From a virus (Duplodnaviria > Caudoviricetes), in IMG/VR virus record IMGVR_UViG_3300037840_000222, positions 1 to 61,954 of that record: 61,954 nt of DNA. The stretch is one strand, 5' to 3'. The position numbers and the translations under genes were made by a program. The stretch's first letter is position 1, and each line of letters starts with the position of its first letter. Positions 29,809 through 39,432 of this stretch are shown here, piece after piece. The notes beneath the pieces were generated by a model that had not been told where the DNA came from, did not search any database, and worked only from the letters and a program-made list of their open reading frames with translations.

Positions 29809-32344
29809 TAGGCTCCGTTTCTTCTTCTATTTCTGGATTACAGTTTTCACAATCGGTATTCTCGCAATCATGACAGTCTGTGTTTGTACAGTTACATCCA
29901 TTAGGGCAGCAATTTTCACAATCATGGTCATTACAGTCACAGCAGTTTGGGCACATCCAATCGGTATCGTGACAAGATATGCAGTTACAGTCGCAACCGT
30001 CGGGATAGCAGATACTACAGGTGTGGTCTTCACAATCGCATTTTGGAATAACTACCGCCGGATGGCAATCTTCGCATTCAGGATTCCCGCAACATTCATT
30101 CGTACAGCAAACTTTCACTGATGAAGAAGAGACTTGTTTCTTGTAAATCTCAGTCTTATATCGTTTCCGGTGTTCTTCTAGATACGTTTTCGGATCGAGT
30201 GGCTCGATTTTGAACTTTCTGGCTTCTACAAATCTTTTTTCTAACCCTATTCCACCGTCTTTTATAGCATCATAAAGAATTGGGGCTACGGGTAGAATAG
30301 AATGAATCGGATTATTCGCAGTATAAGTCATCTCATTTGGAGAGATAAACTTATTAAAAGTCCATCCCCCATTGTGAACAGAGTTTACCCCGTTATTCAG
30401 TGCTTCGAGAGCCGCTTGATAGTTTCCATCTACCAAAGCATTAAAAATAAGACCGGCCCAGCGGGCTAACAGAAACCATCTAGGCCCGCCGATGCTTGAA
30501 TTTCGCCAATCTTCTTTATCGAAAGAATCCATCGCGGAGACATATCTTTTCCTGGTTATACCGAAAAAAGTCCGAGGAAAATAGGTGTTGTATTCTGTTT
30601 CCCGGTCTCCGATACTCCCGGTGCCCAATATCGTGCGATCTCTTCTACGATATTCCCCTAACGTCGCCGTAACTAGAAGTCGATAACAGCACCCCATTGC
30701 CAGTCCTAACAAGAGATCGGCTTTTCCTAACCATTTAATCGTATGGTGGCACCCCGCCATCATGATATAAGCGGCATTTTCCCTTTTTACTTTAATCTTA
30801 CATCCTAACATAAATCCGCGCTTCATCGCGATTATATCAGGCGTAGATTTGGAGGATAGAGGCTCTAAAATCTCTCCGATCTTAGGCTCTCTAGATACTA
30901 GAATGGGGATGTTTGACAGGTAGGCATGAACAGCATAATGGCTGGCTAAACTACCTCCTGGGTGGTAAACGACTGATCCTTCAGGGAGGGTTTTTACCTT
31001 TTTCTCCCATTCTAGTAAGTCGCCTTTAGCTTCGACAATTGAAGTAACTGTGATTTTCTTAGGGATAAAATCAATCGAATCGGGGAGTTTCGGCCCGTTT
31101 CTTAGTTGGACATATTGTGGACTATATTCCTTGTCTTCCCTGATTACTAATTTCTGTTTGATGTTGCAAAAAACACAAAGTTTATGCGTGTATTCTCTCC
31201 ACAATATTTCAAGATATGGTGCCTCAGTTATCCCGGCATCTTTTAATAAATTACCCCAAATAACTATATGACTGTAGGGACTACCGATTGTAGATATTCT
31301 TATCGAATCTCTTCCGCTAGTGGCCCCGTCGTTACCTTGGCCGATAGACAACGATCCTTCTGTCCATACTCCGCTATGACTGGACTTGATAAAAGGCATA
31401 GCGATAATCTCCGCGTTTTCATCAGCCTGCCGAGTCTCTTTGACTATTTGTTGGGCTTCTTCAAGCGTGTTTACAGGCCGTGAATCAACAAATCCGTGTC
31501 TAGGAATAACAGGACAAGGACGGACGAATTTACCTATCAATTCTTGTAACTGTTTTTTGGTCTTTAACCATTCTATATCATATAATTTGTTCTCAGGAAC
31601 AGGGAAATAATGTTTACTTAGGGCCGACAATCCTCTAGTTTTTTGGGTTCGATAGTCGATTGGTGTTTGTGATAACGTTTTACGATCACCAACTTTTTTA
31701 CCTTTTGCGACAATCGTGTCACCACAAATATAACAGCCGCAACCAACCGTTCCGTAGATTTCAGCAGTTCCTTGAATAATCGAACTATCTCCTACGATAG
31801 CCCCTGACAAAAACGATTTATCGTTAACAGTGGTATGCTCTTCTATTTTTGAATCATGAACCAGGCTTTCCCCCCAAATAAGACAATTTGGACCCACTAT
31901 AGAAGATCCACATACAACGGCATTTTTGCCCACATTAGCCGACGCATCTACCTGAGAATCTTTATACACCCAGCCACCAGGGAGGTATCCGTTTGTATTT
32001 TTATGGCGGTGCCAATCTTCAAAAACAGATCCAGGCATAAGATCAAGAATTTTCTGGGTTGGCACATCCGGTTTTGTCTCTTTCATTTCTAGAATAGCAG
32101 TATTTTCCATATTTTCTTCCTGTAGTGGAATAGAAAAAGCGGGGTCAATTGGATAAAAGATTTGATTATCTTTTGGAGTAGCGTATTCAATCTTATACGG
32201 AAAGCCTACAGTCGTCCAGTCTTTTGAGATAGGTATTGATACGTCTACTACTGGTGCAGTGTAAAACCATGATTGCGGAATTTTTTCTTTAACCAGAAAA
32301 TAGGTTTTAGACAGTTTTTCAAAGTCATCTAATTTTAGAGCCAA
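29801..32344 (-). CDS. multidomain protein: hexapeptide repeat + PEP-synthase/PPDK-like ATP-grasp + His-swivel domain + Cys-rich tail
   Basis: GGWV...VGKNAVVCG repeats; FVRPCP...; GNDGATSG; VQLRNGP; HPGGSLASHYAVH; C-terminal CxCxxC repeats. Confidence 0.6.
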   Translation of the reverse strand: MALKLDDFEKLSKTYFLVKEKIPQSWFYTAPVVDVSIPISKDWTTVGFPYKIEYATPKDNQIFYPIDPAFSIPLQEENMENTAILEMKETKPDVPTQKILDLMPGSVFEDWHRHKNTNGYLPGGWVYKDSQVDASANVGKNAVVCGSSIVGPNCLIWGESLVHDSKIEEHTTVNDKSFLSGAIVGDSSIIQGTAEIYGTVGCGCYICGDTIVAKGKKVGDRKTLSQTPIDYRTQKTRGLSALSKHYFPVPENKLYDIEWLKTKKQLQELIGKFVRPCPVIPRHGFVDSRPVNTLEEAQQIVKETRQADENAEIIAMPFIKSSHSGVWTEGSLSIGQGNDGATSGRDSIRISTIGSPYSHIVIWGNLLKDAGITEAPYLEILWREYTHKLCVFCNIKQKLVIREDKEYSPQYVQLRNGPKLPDSIDFIPKKITVTSIVEAKGDLLEWEKKVKTLPEGSVVYHPGGSLASHYAVHAYLSNIPILVSREPKIGEILEPLSSKSTPDIIAMKRGFMLGCKIKVKRENAAYIMMAGCHHTIKWLGKADLLLGLAMGCCYRLLVTATLGEYRRRDRTILGTGSIGDRETEYNTYFPRTFFGITRKRYVSAMDSFDKEDWRNSSIGGPRWFLLARWAGLIFNALVDGNYQAALEALNNGVNSVHNGGWTFNKFISPNEMTYTANNPIHSILPVAPILYDAIKDGGIGLEKRFVEARKFKIEPLDPKTYLEEHRKRYKTEIYKKQVSSSSVKVCCTNECCGNPECEDCHPAVVIPKCDCEDHTCSICYPDGCDCNCISCHDTDWMCPNCCDCNDHDCENCCPNGCNCTNTDCHDCENTDCENCNPEIEEETEPNE

Positions 32345-32652
32345 TTTTGTTCCTCGGTTGAAAATATTCCATTAATGGAATTACAGTCGTTTCTCTTTCC
32401 TGTACCAGCTTTTTTGCCATTGTTTTAAGACATTTTGAGAAATAGACAAAACCACCACCATAAGGCCTATTCCCGCTCTGGCTGTCGAATTAGTAACATC
32501 AACTAATCCGTTCCATAAATCCATTAAATGGGGTTTTGCGTGATCTCTAAACCCCCTGGTGGTTTTTAGATAGTGGAATTTGATTGAGTGGTTTATATCT
32601 CTAATCATTAAAACCCTCCATTGGGCGCTCTGCGGAGCGCCCTAGCAGGGTT

Positions 32653-33126
32653 TTAATATCCAGTTTTGATGAAATGTAAAACTCGAAGTTTAGTTGCCTT
32701 GAACCGCCCTTTTCCAGTCTTAGCTGCTTTATACATATTTGAGTATTTTTCAGGCCATCCATACCCCCCATTGCAAGAATGTTCTTTGAGAAAGAACAGT
32801 CTAGCGGCTTGTTGATCCGTGAGACCGAGTATTTTCTTAGCAGGATCAAATGCATCGGGAAATCCATCGTACTTATCTTCGAAGAATCCATAATCCTTCA
32901 AAAATTGAATACCTTTTTTAGTTACAAGGAGGCAGGTTCCGCCCAAACAAGAGGTGATTTTACAAGGCGGAACAGGTTGCATTTTATGATCAACTCCGGC
33001 TACTTGGTCGTCTTCGTGAAAAGCACCCCAGTGTACCATGTTAAGCCGGTCTTTCTCTTCTTCCAAATATTTCAGGATTCGGAGTAGAATTCGTTCTGTT
33101 TTCTTTGATACTGCGTTTTTTGTCAT
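32653..33126 (-). CDS. hypothetical protein
   Basis: 157-aa ORF with an AGGAG RBS. Confidence 0.6.
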   Translation of the reverse strand: MTKNAVSKKTERILLRILKYLEEEKDRLNMVHWGAFHEDDQVAGVDHKMQPVPPCKITSCLGGTCLLVTKKGIQFLKDYGFFEDKYDGFPDAFDPAKKILGLTDQQAARLFFLKEHSCNGGYGWPEKYSNMYKAAKTGKGRFKATKLRVLHFIKTGY

Positions 33127-34086
33127 TTTGTTCTCCTAAAGAACGTTATAATTCTGTGAAAATATAACCGCCATCCATAGTAGATGGTTGTTCCCGCTAC
33201 GACCGTAGCGGTACCTATTTCGGGTCAGATATAGCACATAAAACCCCCTTAAGACAATCTGTTCTCTCCTAGCCAATAATCACCGTGAGATGAACAGACT
33301 TTATATCCTAGAACAATCTTGCCATCTTGTAAATCCCGTCTCCAGGCTCTGATTTCTTCTACTTTACCGGACAGACGGGTTCCGTTAATGGAAAAAAGAA
33401 CTTTTTGGCCGATATCGAACTTAAGTTTCATGAATAAGCCCCTATTTCTTTTTCTACTCTGAAAGCAACGGAAATTTTCTGTCCACATCCTGTACAAGTA
33501 AACTCCCTGCCACTATGAGTATGACCGGTGTTTACAAAATGTGAATGACACCCTTCTGAAGCGTTCTCACAACTTATGTGATAAAAATCCATAGTTGCTT
33601 TAAAATGTTAAGTTACCATAGTTTTCCTTCTCTATTCCATTAATGGAATTATTTATGAAGTTCATTACAGACAGTACAACGAAACCCGCCTGTTTTGTTA
33701 AAAGAGTTACGGGCGAAATTCATCACTCGAAGGAATTTTCCATATTTAAAATCTTGGTATGAATGGGCGCACTTACAGGGTTTAATAGCGGTCATACTCC
33801 TAGCTCCTCTGCGGTCAGTTTGGATATTTCTTTCTGTAAACTCTGACTGGTTAAAACGATTTCGCACTCCATCATTGTGATAGCTAAAACTAATACATGG
33901 GATATTTCTCGGATTGACGCCCCTTGGAGAAGATATGAATGAATTGTATTTTTTAAGGCTTTGATGGCTTCAGCTTCCAAGTTTAAAGCTAAATCCGTGT
34001 ATTTATCTCTATTAAAAAGCGAAAGATTTTCTTTTTCCATAAGCACCTCATCGCGGTACATAGTTTGTATGTACCGAGTCAAGCGA

Positions 34087-34455
34087 TTAGAATGAAACTA
34101 ACTCCTTCCTGGGATGAGGTTTTTTAACAATCGGTATTTCGGTTGATAGATTTTCATCCCTACGGGTTTGTTTGGCGGCCACTGTGGCCGCGCCATCAGT
34201 GGTCAGGGTTAATAAATCGGCGTGTATGGACAGAAAAGACAGCACTTTCTGTCCATTTGTAAATAAGAATTTTACTACGTCGGCGGGGATATTGATTGCC
34301 GACCGGATATAACCCCGGATTTGGAAATCGCCATCATAGGAAACCATAAAAGTAGGTTCAGCCGATGGCTTTTTGTTTTTCCATAGAGTTGCTTCAAGCT
34401 CTTTGACATAAGTTTGAAGTTCCTCGGCGGACATTCCAGTTGTATCTTTAAACAT
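34087..34455 (-). CDS. hypothetical protein, distant paralog of 42306-42713
   Basis: Shared coiled coil ELEA.L.KN..P followed by TF...G...I.G. Confidence 0.6.
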   Translation of the reverse strand: MFKDTTGMSAEELQTYVKELEATLWKNKKPSAEPTFMVSYDGDFQIRGYIRSAINIPADVVKFLFTNGQKVLSFLSIHADLLTLTTDGAATVAAKQTRRDENLSTEIPIVKKPHPRKELVSF

Positions 34456-34948
34456 ATTTTCTCCTAAATTCCATTAATGGAATAGATTTAATCTCGGTCG
34501 TTTTCGTAAACTCTGCGGGCGTTTCTTTCTAGTGCCTTTTGCCGTTTGGGATTGTTTTCGTCGTAAGAGAAATCTTCCCTAGATTCCTCTTCATATCTTC
34601 TTAATGATTCGTTTACATTACCAAGATTAATTCTATTCTCCTAAATCCCTAATTCTTCGTTTGTTGGTGTAGGCCCAATATGATGTCCTAGATGTATTTT
34701 AGGGGATAGACGATCAGGATTAGCTTCTTCAGATTTCATCTTTCCATACCATCCTATCGTCTCAAGGCATTGTTTCAAATATTCGATACTTGAAGCAGCT
34801 ATACAGGTTTCCAAAACATCGTGCATACTACCACTATCTGCCGTCCCGTCAAGTAGACAAATAAGCCCTCCTATTTGGCGCTGTTGTTTTTCTGTGGATG
34901 TTTGTAGAAATTTTTCTATATAAGATAGAATATGATTCTCTTCCATAT

Positions 34949-35650
34949 CTACTCCTTTCTCCACACAATCGCTGTGGCGTTATCTTGTAAACCATTGTTT
35001 TCAGTTATAGTTAGTAAATCTTTAGCTATTGGCGTTCCTTCTCCTGTTAGAGAAGAGATAATTTGTTTACGTACATCATCATTTTGATGGCTAGGATCAA
35101 ACAAGCCATCTGTAGCCACCAATATAATAGCCGGATTGGGGATAGAGTAAATCTCTGGCTCGCTTATAACTACGGGTTGTAATTCCCTATCTCCCAAAGC
35201 CCTACCCATTTGCAGTCCGGGACCAGAGAAATACTTAGAAGCATACCCTCCGTAGACAAAACCACCTCTATCCTCCACAGCTTTGGCTTCTTTCTGGTTT
35301 GTTCTTACATTGTGGTCTGGACTATAGTGGATATCTCCCTTATCATCAATAACAATAACAGGAGAATCGCCTATGATGGCGATATCTGCCTTGTTTTTAC
35401 TCACCAATACTGTGGACAGAGTAGAACCGTCTGTAAACTCGCTTGTTTGATAAGCGAGATTTTTTAAAAAGTTGAAATTTTCCGGAAATATATTCATCAA
35501 TTCGAAATAGTGATGGATATACTCTGAGCACCGGCTACCACCATGCCCATCAGCTACCATCATGATGGCAAATCCAGATATAGACTCGCAGGAGTAATAT
35601 CTGTCTTCCTGATATGGCCTTGGGCCTTGAAGTGTTCCGCTGGTAATCAT
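34949..35650 (-). CDS. PP2C/PPM-family Ser/Thr phosphatase
   Basis: G.RPYQED, ADGHGG, GST, GDS, RALGD, ATDGL and DNAT motifs. Confidence 0.92.
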   Translation of the reverse strand: MITSGTLQGPRPYQEDRYYSCESISGFAIMMVADGHGGSRCSEYIHHYFELMNIFPENFNFLKNLAYQTSEFTDGSTLSTVLVSKNKADIAIIGDSPVIVIDDKGDIHYSPDHNVRTNQKEAKAVEDRGGFVYGGYASKYFSGPGLQMGRALGDRELQPVVISEPEIYSIPNPAIILVATDGLFDPSHQNDDVRKQIISSLTGEGTPIAKDLLTITENNGLQDNATAIVWRKE

Positions 35651-35676
35651 TGAACAGACCTTTTCATTAATGGAAT

Positions 35677-35892
35677 TTAGATTTCTTCTAGCTGGCAAGA
35701 ACGGTGACGACGACTATAAGAGTTTACCAATTCCCATTTGTTATCTTTTAGCTCGTACTTATCTACGTTGTTGGCTCCGCTTCGACCAGATGGGCTATTT
35801 AAGTAGTCTAACGCTTCGATAGAACTGTTGGTTAGATTCGGAGACCCGTATCCTTCGTATTCGTATTCATCGTACATAATAAACAGAATCAC
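35677..35892 (-). CDS. 71-aa hypothetical protein, copy 2 (paralog of 8494-8709)
   Basis: Same length from GTG and near-identical sequence. Confidence 0.75.
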   Translation of the reverse strand: MILFIMYDEYEYEGYGSPNLTNSSIEALDYLNSPSGRSGANNVDKYELKDNKWELVNSYSRRHRSCQLEEI

Positions 35893-35949
35893 AAAATTCT
35901 CCTCATCCAAACAGATAGGTTTAATATCTGCTTGGTCAAAAGAATTTTC

Positions 35950-36320
35950 TATTCACCAAGTAGCCGTAGATGGGAATAGTTGAATAGAGTGACAGAACGC
36001 CTAATAGAACAGACTAAAATAAAGCCGGTCTGCTGGCCATATCAGAACAAGGGACATTTATTGATAATCTGTTCAATAAGACGTTCTAACGATGCAGAAG
36101 TGGTTAATGGAGAACAGAATAAGATCGATTTCCCGGTCGCATACAGGCGACCAGCAATATTCTGCTCTCTATTAACCACTCCCTGCCCTATTTAACGTCC
36201 ATTACCAACTACCGAGTAGGTTTTTACTCTATTCTCCGATTGCTAGACATTACTCTAGATTTCATCCGGGGATGAATAGATTAAAACCCGCCACCAGAAT
36301 CTTAGGCAGCTACTCTGCCT
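35950..36320 (-). ncRNA. putative structured RNA
   Basis: Imperfect inverted repeats 35994-36013/36068-36087 and 36099-36121/36158-36180; no credible ORF. Confidence 0.4.
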
Positions 36321-36646
36321 TTCCATTAATGGAATTAGTAATGAAACCAAGAATTTGTAACTTCGAGAAATACTTGTTTCTCGCGGCCAGCCTTTTTATT
36401 TTCCATCCACTCCCGGTTAGCTTCGTGATTCCGCTTACTTTTCTTTGGCCCTTTCCATCCACCGCGCTTAGGATGGCGCATTTTCATTGTTCCGTTCATT
36501 TCTACCCTCTCTTCTTCGGCCTCTCCCATTTAAGAGCGGGCTGGCCGTTGGTTAGTTTAAACTCTCCTACTCTTGTTCCACGTAGGAGTCTAGCGTCTCT
36601 TTTTCTTTGGGAAATAGTTTTAAAGATTCGTTTCATGAACAGGCTC

Positions 36647-36910
36647 CTATGGTAGTTCGAATACGTGAAAAACTAGACTGCCGCCATCTAAGAAATACGA
36701 ACCAAGATAATCTCTGTCAGCTTCGGGTATTGGATGGCCTGTACCGAAGATTTCAAACTGTCTATCTACCTTCGGAGCTGTCGGGTCAACTTCCACCCAA
36801 AGGCAGGGAATGTTAAATTGTGCGGCGACGTGCAATATAAAGCCGTCTTTCGGGATGGCTATCGTTTGACGGCCCGTAGTTTCTAAAGGAAATTTCCAGA
36901 TTGCTTTCAT
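36647..36910 (-). CDS. conserved small phage protein
   Basis: IWKFPL...P....LHV..Q...PCLW.EVD...GTGH...YLG...LVFHVFE, a pattern common in phages. Confidence 0.7.
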   Translation of the reverse strand: MKAIWKFPLETTGRQTIAIPKDGFILHVAAQFNIPCLWVEVDPTAPKVDRQFEIFGTGHPIPEADRDYLGSYFLDGGSLVFHVFELP

Positions 36911-36949
36911 CGTGTTCCCCTCTCTATTCCATTAATGGAATTAAAACAA

Positions 36950-37550
36950 AAATAGAACGCCTATAGGGATCGGGGAATAGATTTAGGAAAAAGTGGTATG
37001 TGGCACGAAGCCTTCCACCGGGTTATCTATACGCCGACCCTTAGAGACGTTCTAGTTAGGAATAGAACGGCGATATGTGGGTAATAGGTTAGCGTATACT
37101 CTTAAGTAGTAAAGAGGCCCGGCAGGGAAGTTCTCAGTGCAAATCTGAGTGCGCTCCTAACCAATGGCTAAGGTTAGATCAAGAATGCAGATAGACGTTA
37201 GTACTAACGGAACATTGTGAAATCCTGCATCTATTACCCACATATCGCCGTTCTATTCACAGAATGATGGCGAACAGAGGAATTTTAGCCCTTGCGGAAC
37301 GCACCTCTGTTCACCGGAGCTAGTAGCTCCCTAAGATTCTGGTGACTTAGCAGACCAATAAGCGGCTACCCTCAAGCTCAGACTCTTGTCTAGCTCTCCT
37401 TACGTGGATATGATATGGTCTAACAAGTCCACCCATTCCCTAACGTAACCCTTTGGGACTATGCCCGGTTATGCTTCTTTCCATAAGTACCGCGCTAACC
37501 TATTGAGTGCTGCCGACCGGACCCCGCAAGCGGGATTCGACGGCAAACGC
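36950..37550 (-). ncRNA. putative ~600-nt structured RNA
   Basis: Perfect 28-bp inverted repeat 37060-37087/37231-37258 plus many hairpins; extended -10 TGGTACACT at 37551-37559 on the minus strand. Confidence 0.55.
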
Positions 37551-37757
37551 AGTGTACCACAACCGATTTTGCCGAGAGTCCGAAAAATCGCGCAAGTGCT
37601 TTGTTTTCAGCGCGAAAAAAATTCTTGACAGGTTTCGCCGGTCAAAACCGGCGGAGGCGTAAATCGTTGAAAACACGGCACTTAAGTTTTGAAAAGTTTC
37701 GTGAAGATTCGTAAAGCACTGCGCATATAAAGGACGGCACTCGATTTAATTTTTTCC

Positions 37758-37787
37758 TTGACAGAAAAACGGAGACTGTGGTATAAT
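37758..37787 (+). promoter_or_regulatory. consensus sigma70 promoter, probably leaderless
   Basis: TTGACA-18 nt-TATAAT with TG; ATG follows after a 6-nt spacer. Confidence 0.85.
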
Positions 37788-37793
37788 TATTGC

Positions 37794-38471
37794 ATGAAAA
37801 TTAAAAAAGAAGTGTTTAAGATCATAAACTATGATGATTTTAAACTATCCTATTATGTTTATGCTTGGATTCGAAATAAAGACTGGTTGTACGTTGGTCT
37901 GTCTAAAAACGTCCATCAGAGAATATTCGACCATAATGTAATCGGAATAGAAGAACCTTTTCAAATAACAGACAAAATTTTATTGTTTAATTGCTCTAGT
38001 AAAGACGAAATGTGTCTATTAGAGAAGCAGTTAATTAGAGAAAATAAACCGAAATACAACAAATACGGATATATTATTAAGGAAAAAATACCTGTACATA
38101 AGCAAAAAAGTAAAGAAAAACTAATTGAAGAACCAATTATTAAAGACAATAGCGTATCATTGAAAACTATAACGAAAGAAACTGCATCAAAAGAAATTAA
38201 TTATTTTGACCCTTTATGGGAGAGCAACAAAAATTTAGTAAAGGAATATTTCCACTTGCAAAAAGTATTACCATTAGTTGATTCTCAAACACATATTATA
38301 ATGGATAATAAGATATCGTCCAAAATAACTAAGCCTCGTATTAAAATATCTTTGGCAGATAAACAGGCAGCCATGCGCGAAAGATATACTCGACAAAAGT
38401 CTGTCCCGATTTTTTCTATTCCTGTCTCTTTGAGCCAGAATGATCAGCCTATAATAAAACCAGCCCCCTAG
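37794..38471 (+). CDS. GIY-YIG nuclease-domain protein
   Basis: YVYAW...LYVGLS..V.QR..DH...E..LI...KPKYN; AT-rich relative to its neighbours. Confidence 0.75.
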   Translation: MKIKKEVFKIINYDDFKLSYYVYAWIRNKDWLYVGLSKNVHQRIFDHNVIGIEEPFQITDKILLFNCSSKDEMCLLEKQLIRENKPKYNKYGYIIKEKIPVHKQKSKEKLIEEPIIKDNSVSLKTITKETASKEINYFDPLWESNKNLVKEYFHLQKVLPLVDSQTHIIMDNKISSKITKPRIKISLADKQAAMRERYTRQKSVPIFSIPVSLSQNDQPIIKPAP

Positions 38472-38487
38472 ATATACTAAGGGGCTG
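38461..38487. terminator. hairpin at a convergent gene junction
   Basis: CAGCCCCCTAG...CTAAGGGGCTG. Confidence 0.5.
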
Positions 38488-38937
38488 AGAAATTCCATTA
38501 ATGGAATAGAGTTAGCGACACACTGGATTCTTTGGTGGCCACGGTTCGAACCGCGAGAAGTTTTTCTGTAATGGTGGTTTTTGTTGTTCTTTTAGATAAT
38601 CATTAACTGTTGGCAGAGCATCACGGAAACAATGGCTATGGCGAAGAATAATACAACCATGAGCAACTATCCAACGTTTTCTGGTAATTGAAAAATAGAC
38701 TCTCACTTTCATCCAATCGCCATTACGGGTTTTTACTCTATTCACTCAGCACACTCCTATTCTGATTACCAAGTTGATAAGACACGGTAATGTTGTTAGT
38801 GATCTCTTGATTAATAGACTGAAAACCACCATAGAGATGATAGAGATCTTGTGAAACGGTTTGGATACTTGTTTAAACAGTTTATCTATCATCGAACCTC
38901 CTTTGCCGCCTATAGACGGCAGAATCAGAAAATGTCA

Positions 38938-39100
38938 GTTATAACCGTCATGCAACGGCCTAGCTACAGCCTAGCCGTTGTATCGGTTTCGATGCTTTGG
39001 CTAGGCCATAGCCTAGCCGCTGCCTAGCTAAAAGTGTTTTGGCTAGGCCAACAAACTAACCTAACCTTAACTCTACTTACCTTCCCTTACCTTAACTTTA
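38938..39100. repeat. iteron-like array A (GCCTAGC repeats + 5-bp periodic tract)
   Basis: GCCTAGC at 38958, 38969, 39011 and 39022; inverted at 39000 and 39042; then CTAAC/CTTAC-type pentamers. Confidence 0.7.
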
Positions 39101-39397
39101 CAGCGCCGGTTAAAAGCGGTAACGGTTTTAACTAGCGGAATCGCTGTCCTTTAAAATCGTCCGCTGCGGATTCGACCCTTTCAGGGAATGAGTCGCATTC
39201 GTGAGCTTTCCGTGCGATTTAAAGCGTTCGGCGTTCGAAATGACCTGGGCTACATACTTTTCCGAGAATCGCTCATATCGAATCGTGGCGACAAAAACTC
39301 ATTTCTTCACCGAACTTCATCGAACTTTACAAACCATGATGGCGCTCTCCTGAGCTATTCCATTAATGGAATAGATTAAGACAACGCCATAAAACAG

Positions 39398-39432
39398 AAA
39401 AAACCCTAAGAGGCTGGTTTTCCTCTTAGGGT
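39398..39432 (-). terminator. intrinsic terminator
   Basis: 11-bp stem ACCCTAAGAGG/CCTCTTAGGGT followed by a U-tract on the minus strand. Confidence 0.7.

Noticed and set aside
8494-35892. Duplicated gene as a DGR template/variable repeat pair
   Set aside because: The differences are mixed, largely synonymous and not confined to adenines, and no RT is present.
36950-37550. Retron msr-msd or DGR
   Set aside because: A long inverted repeat is present, but I found no reverse transcriptase and no TR/VR pair in the window.
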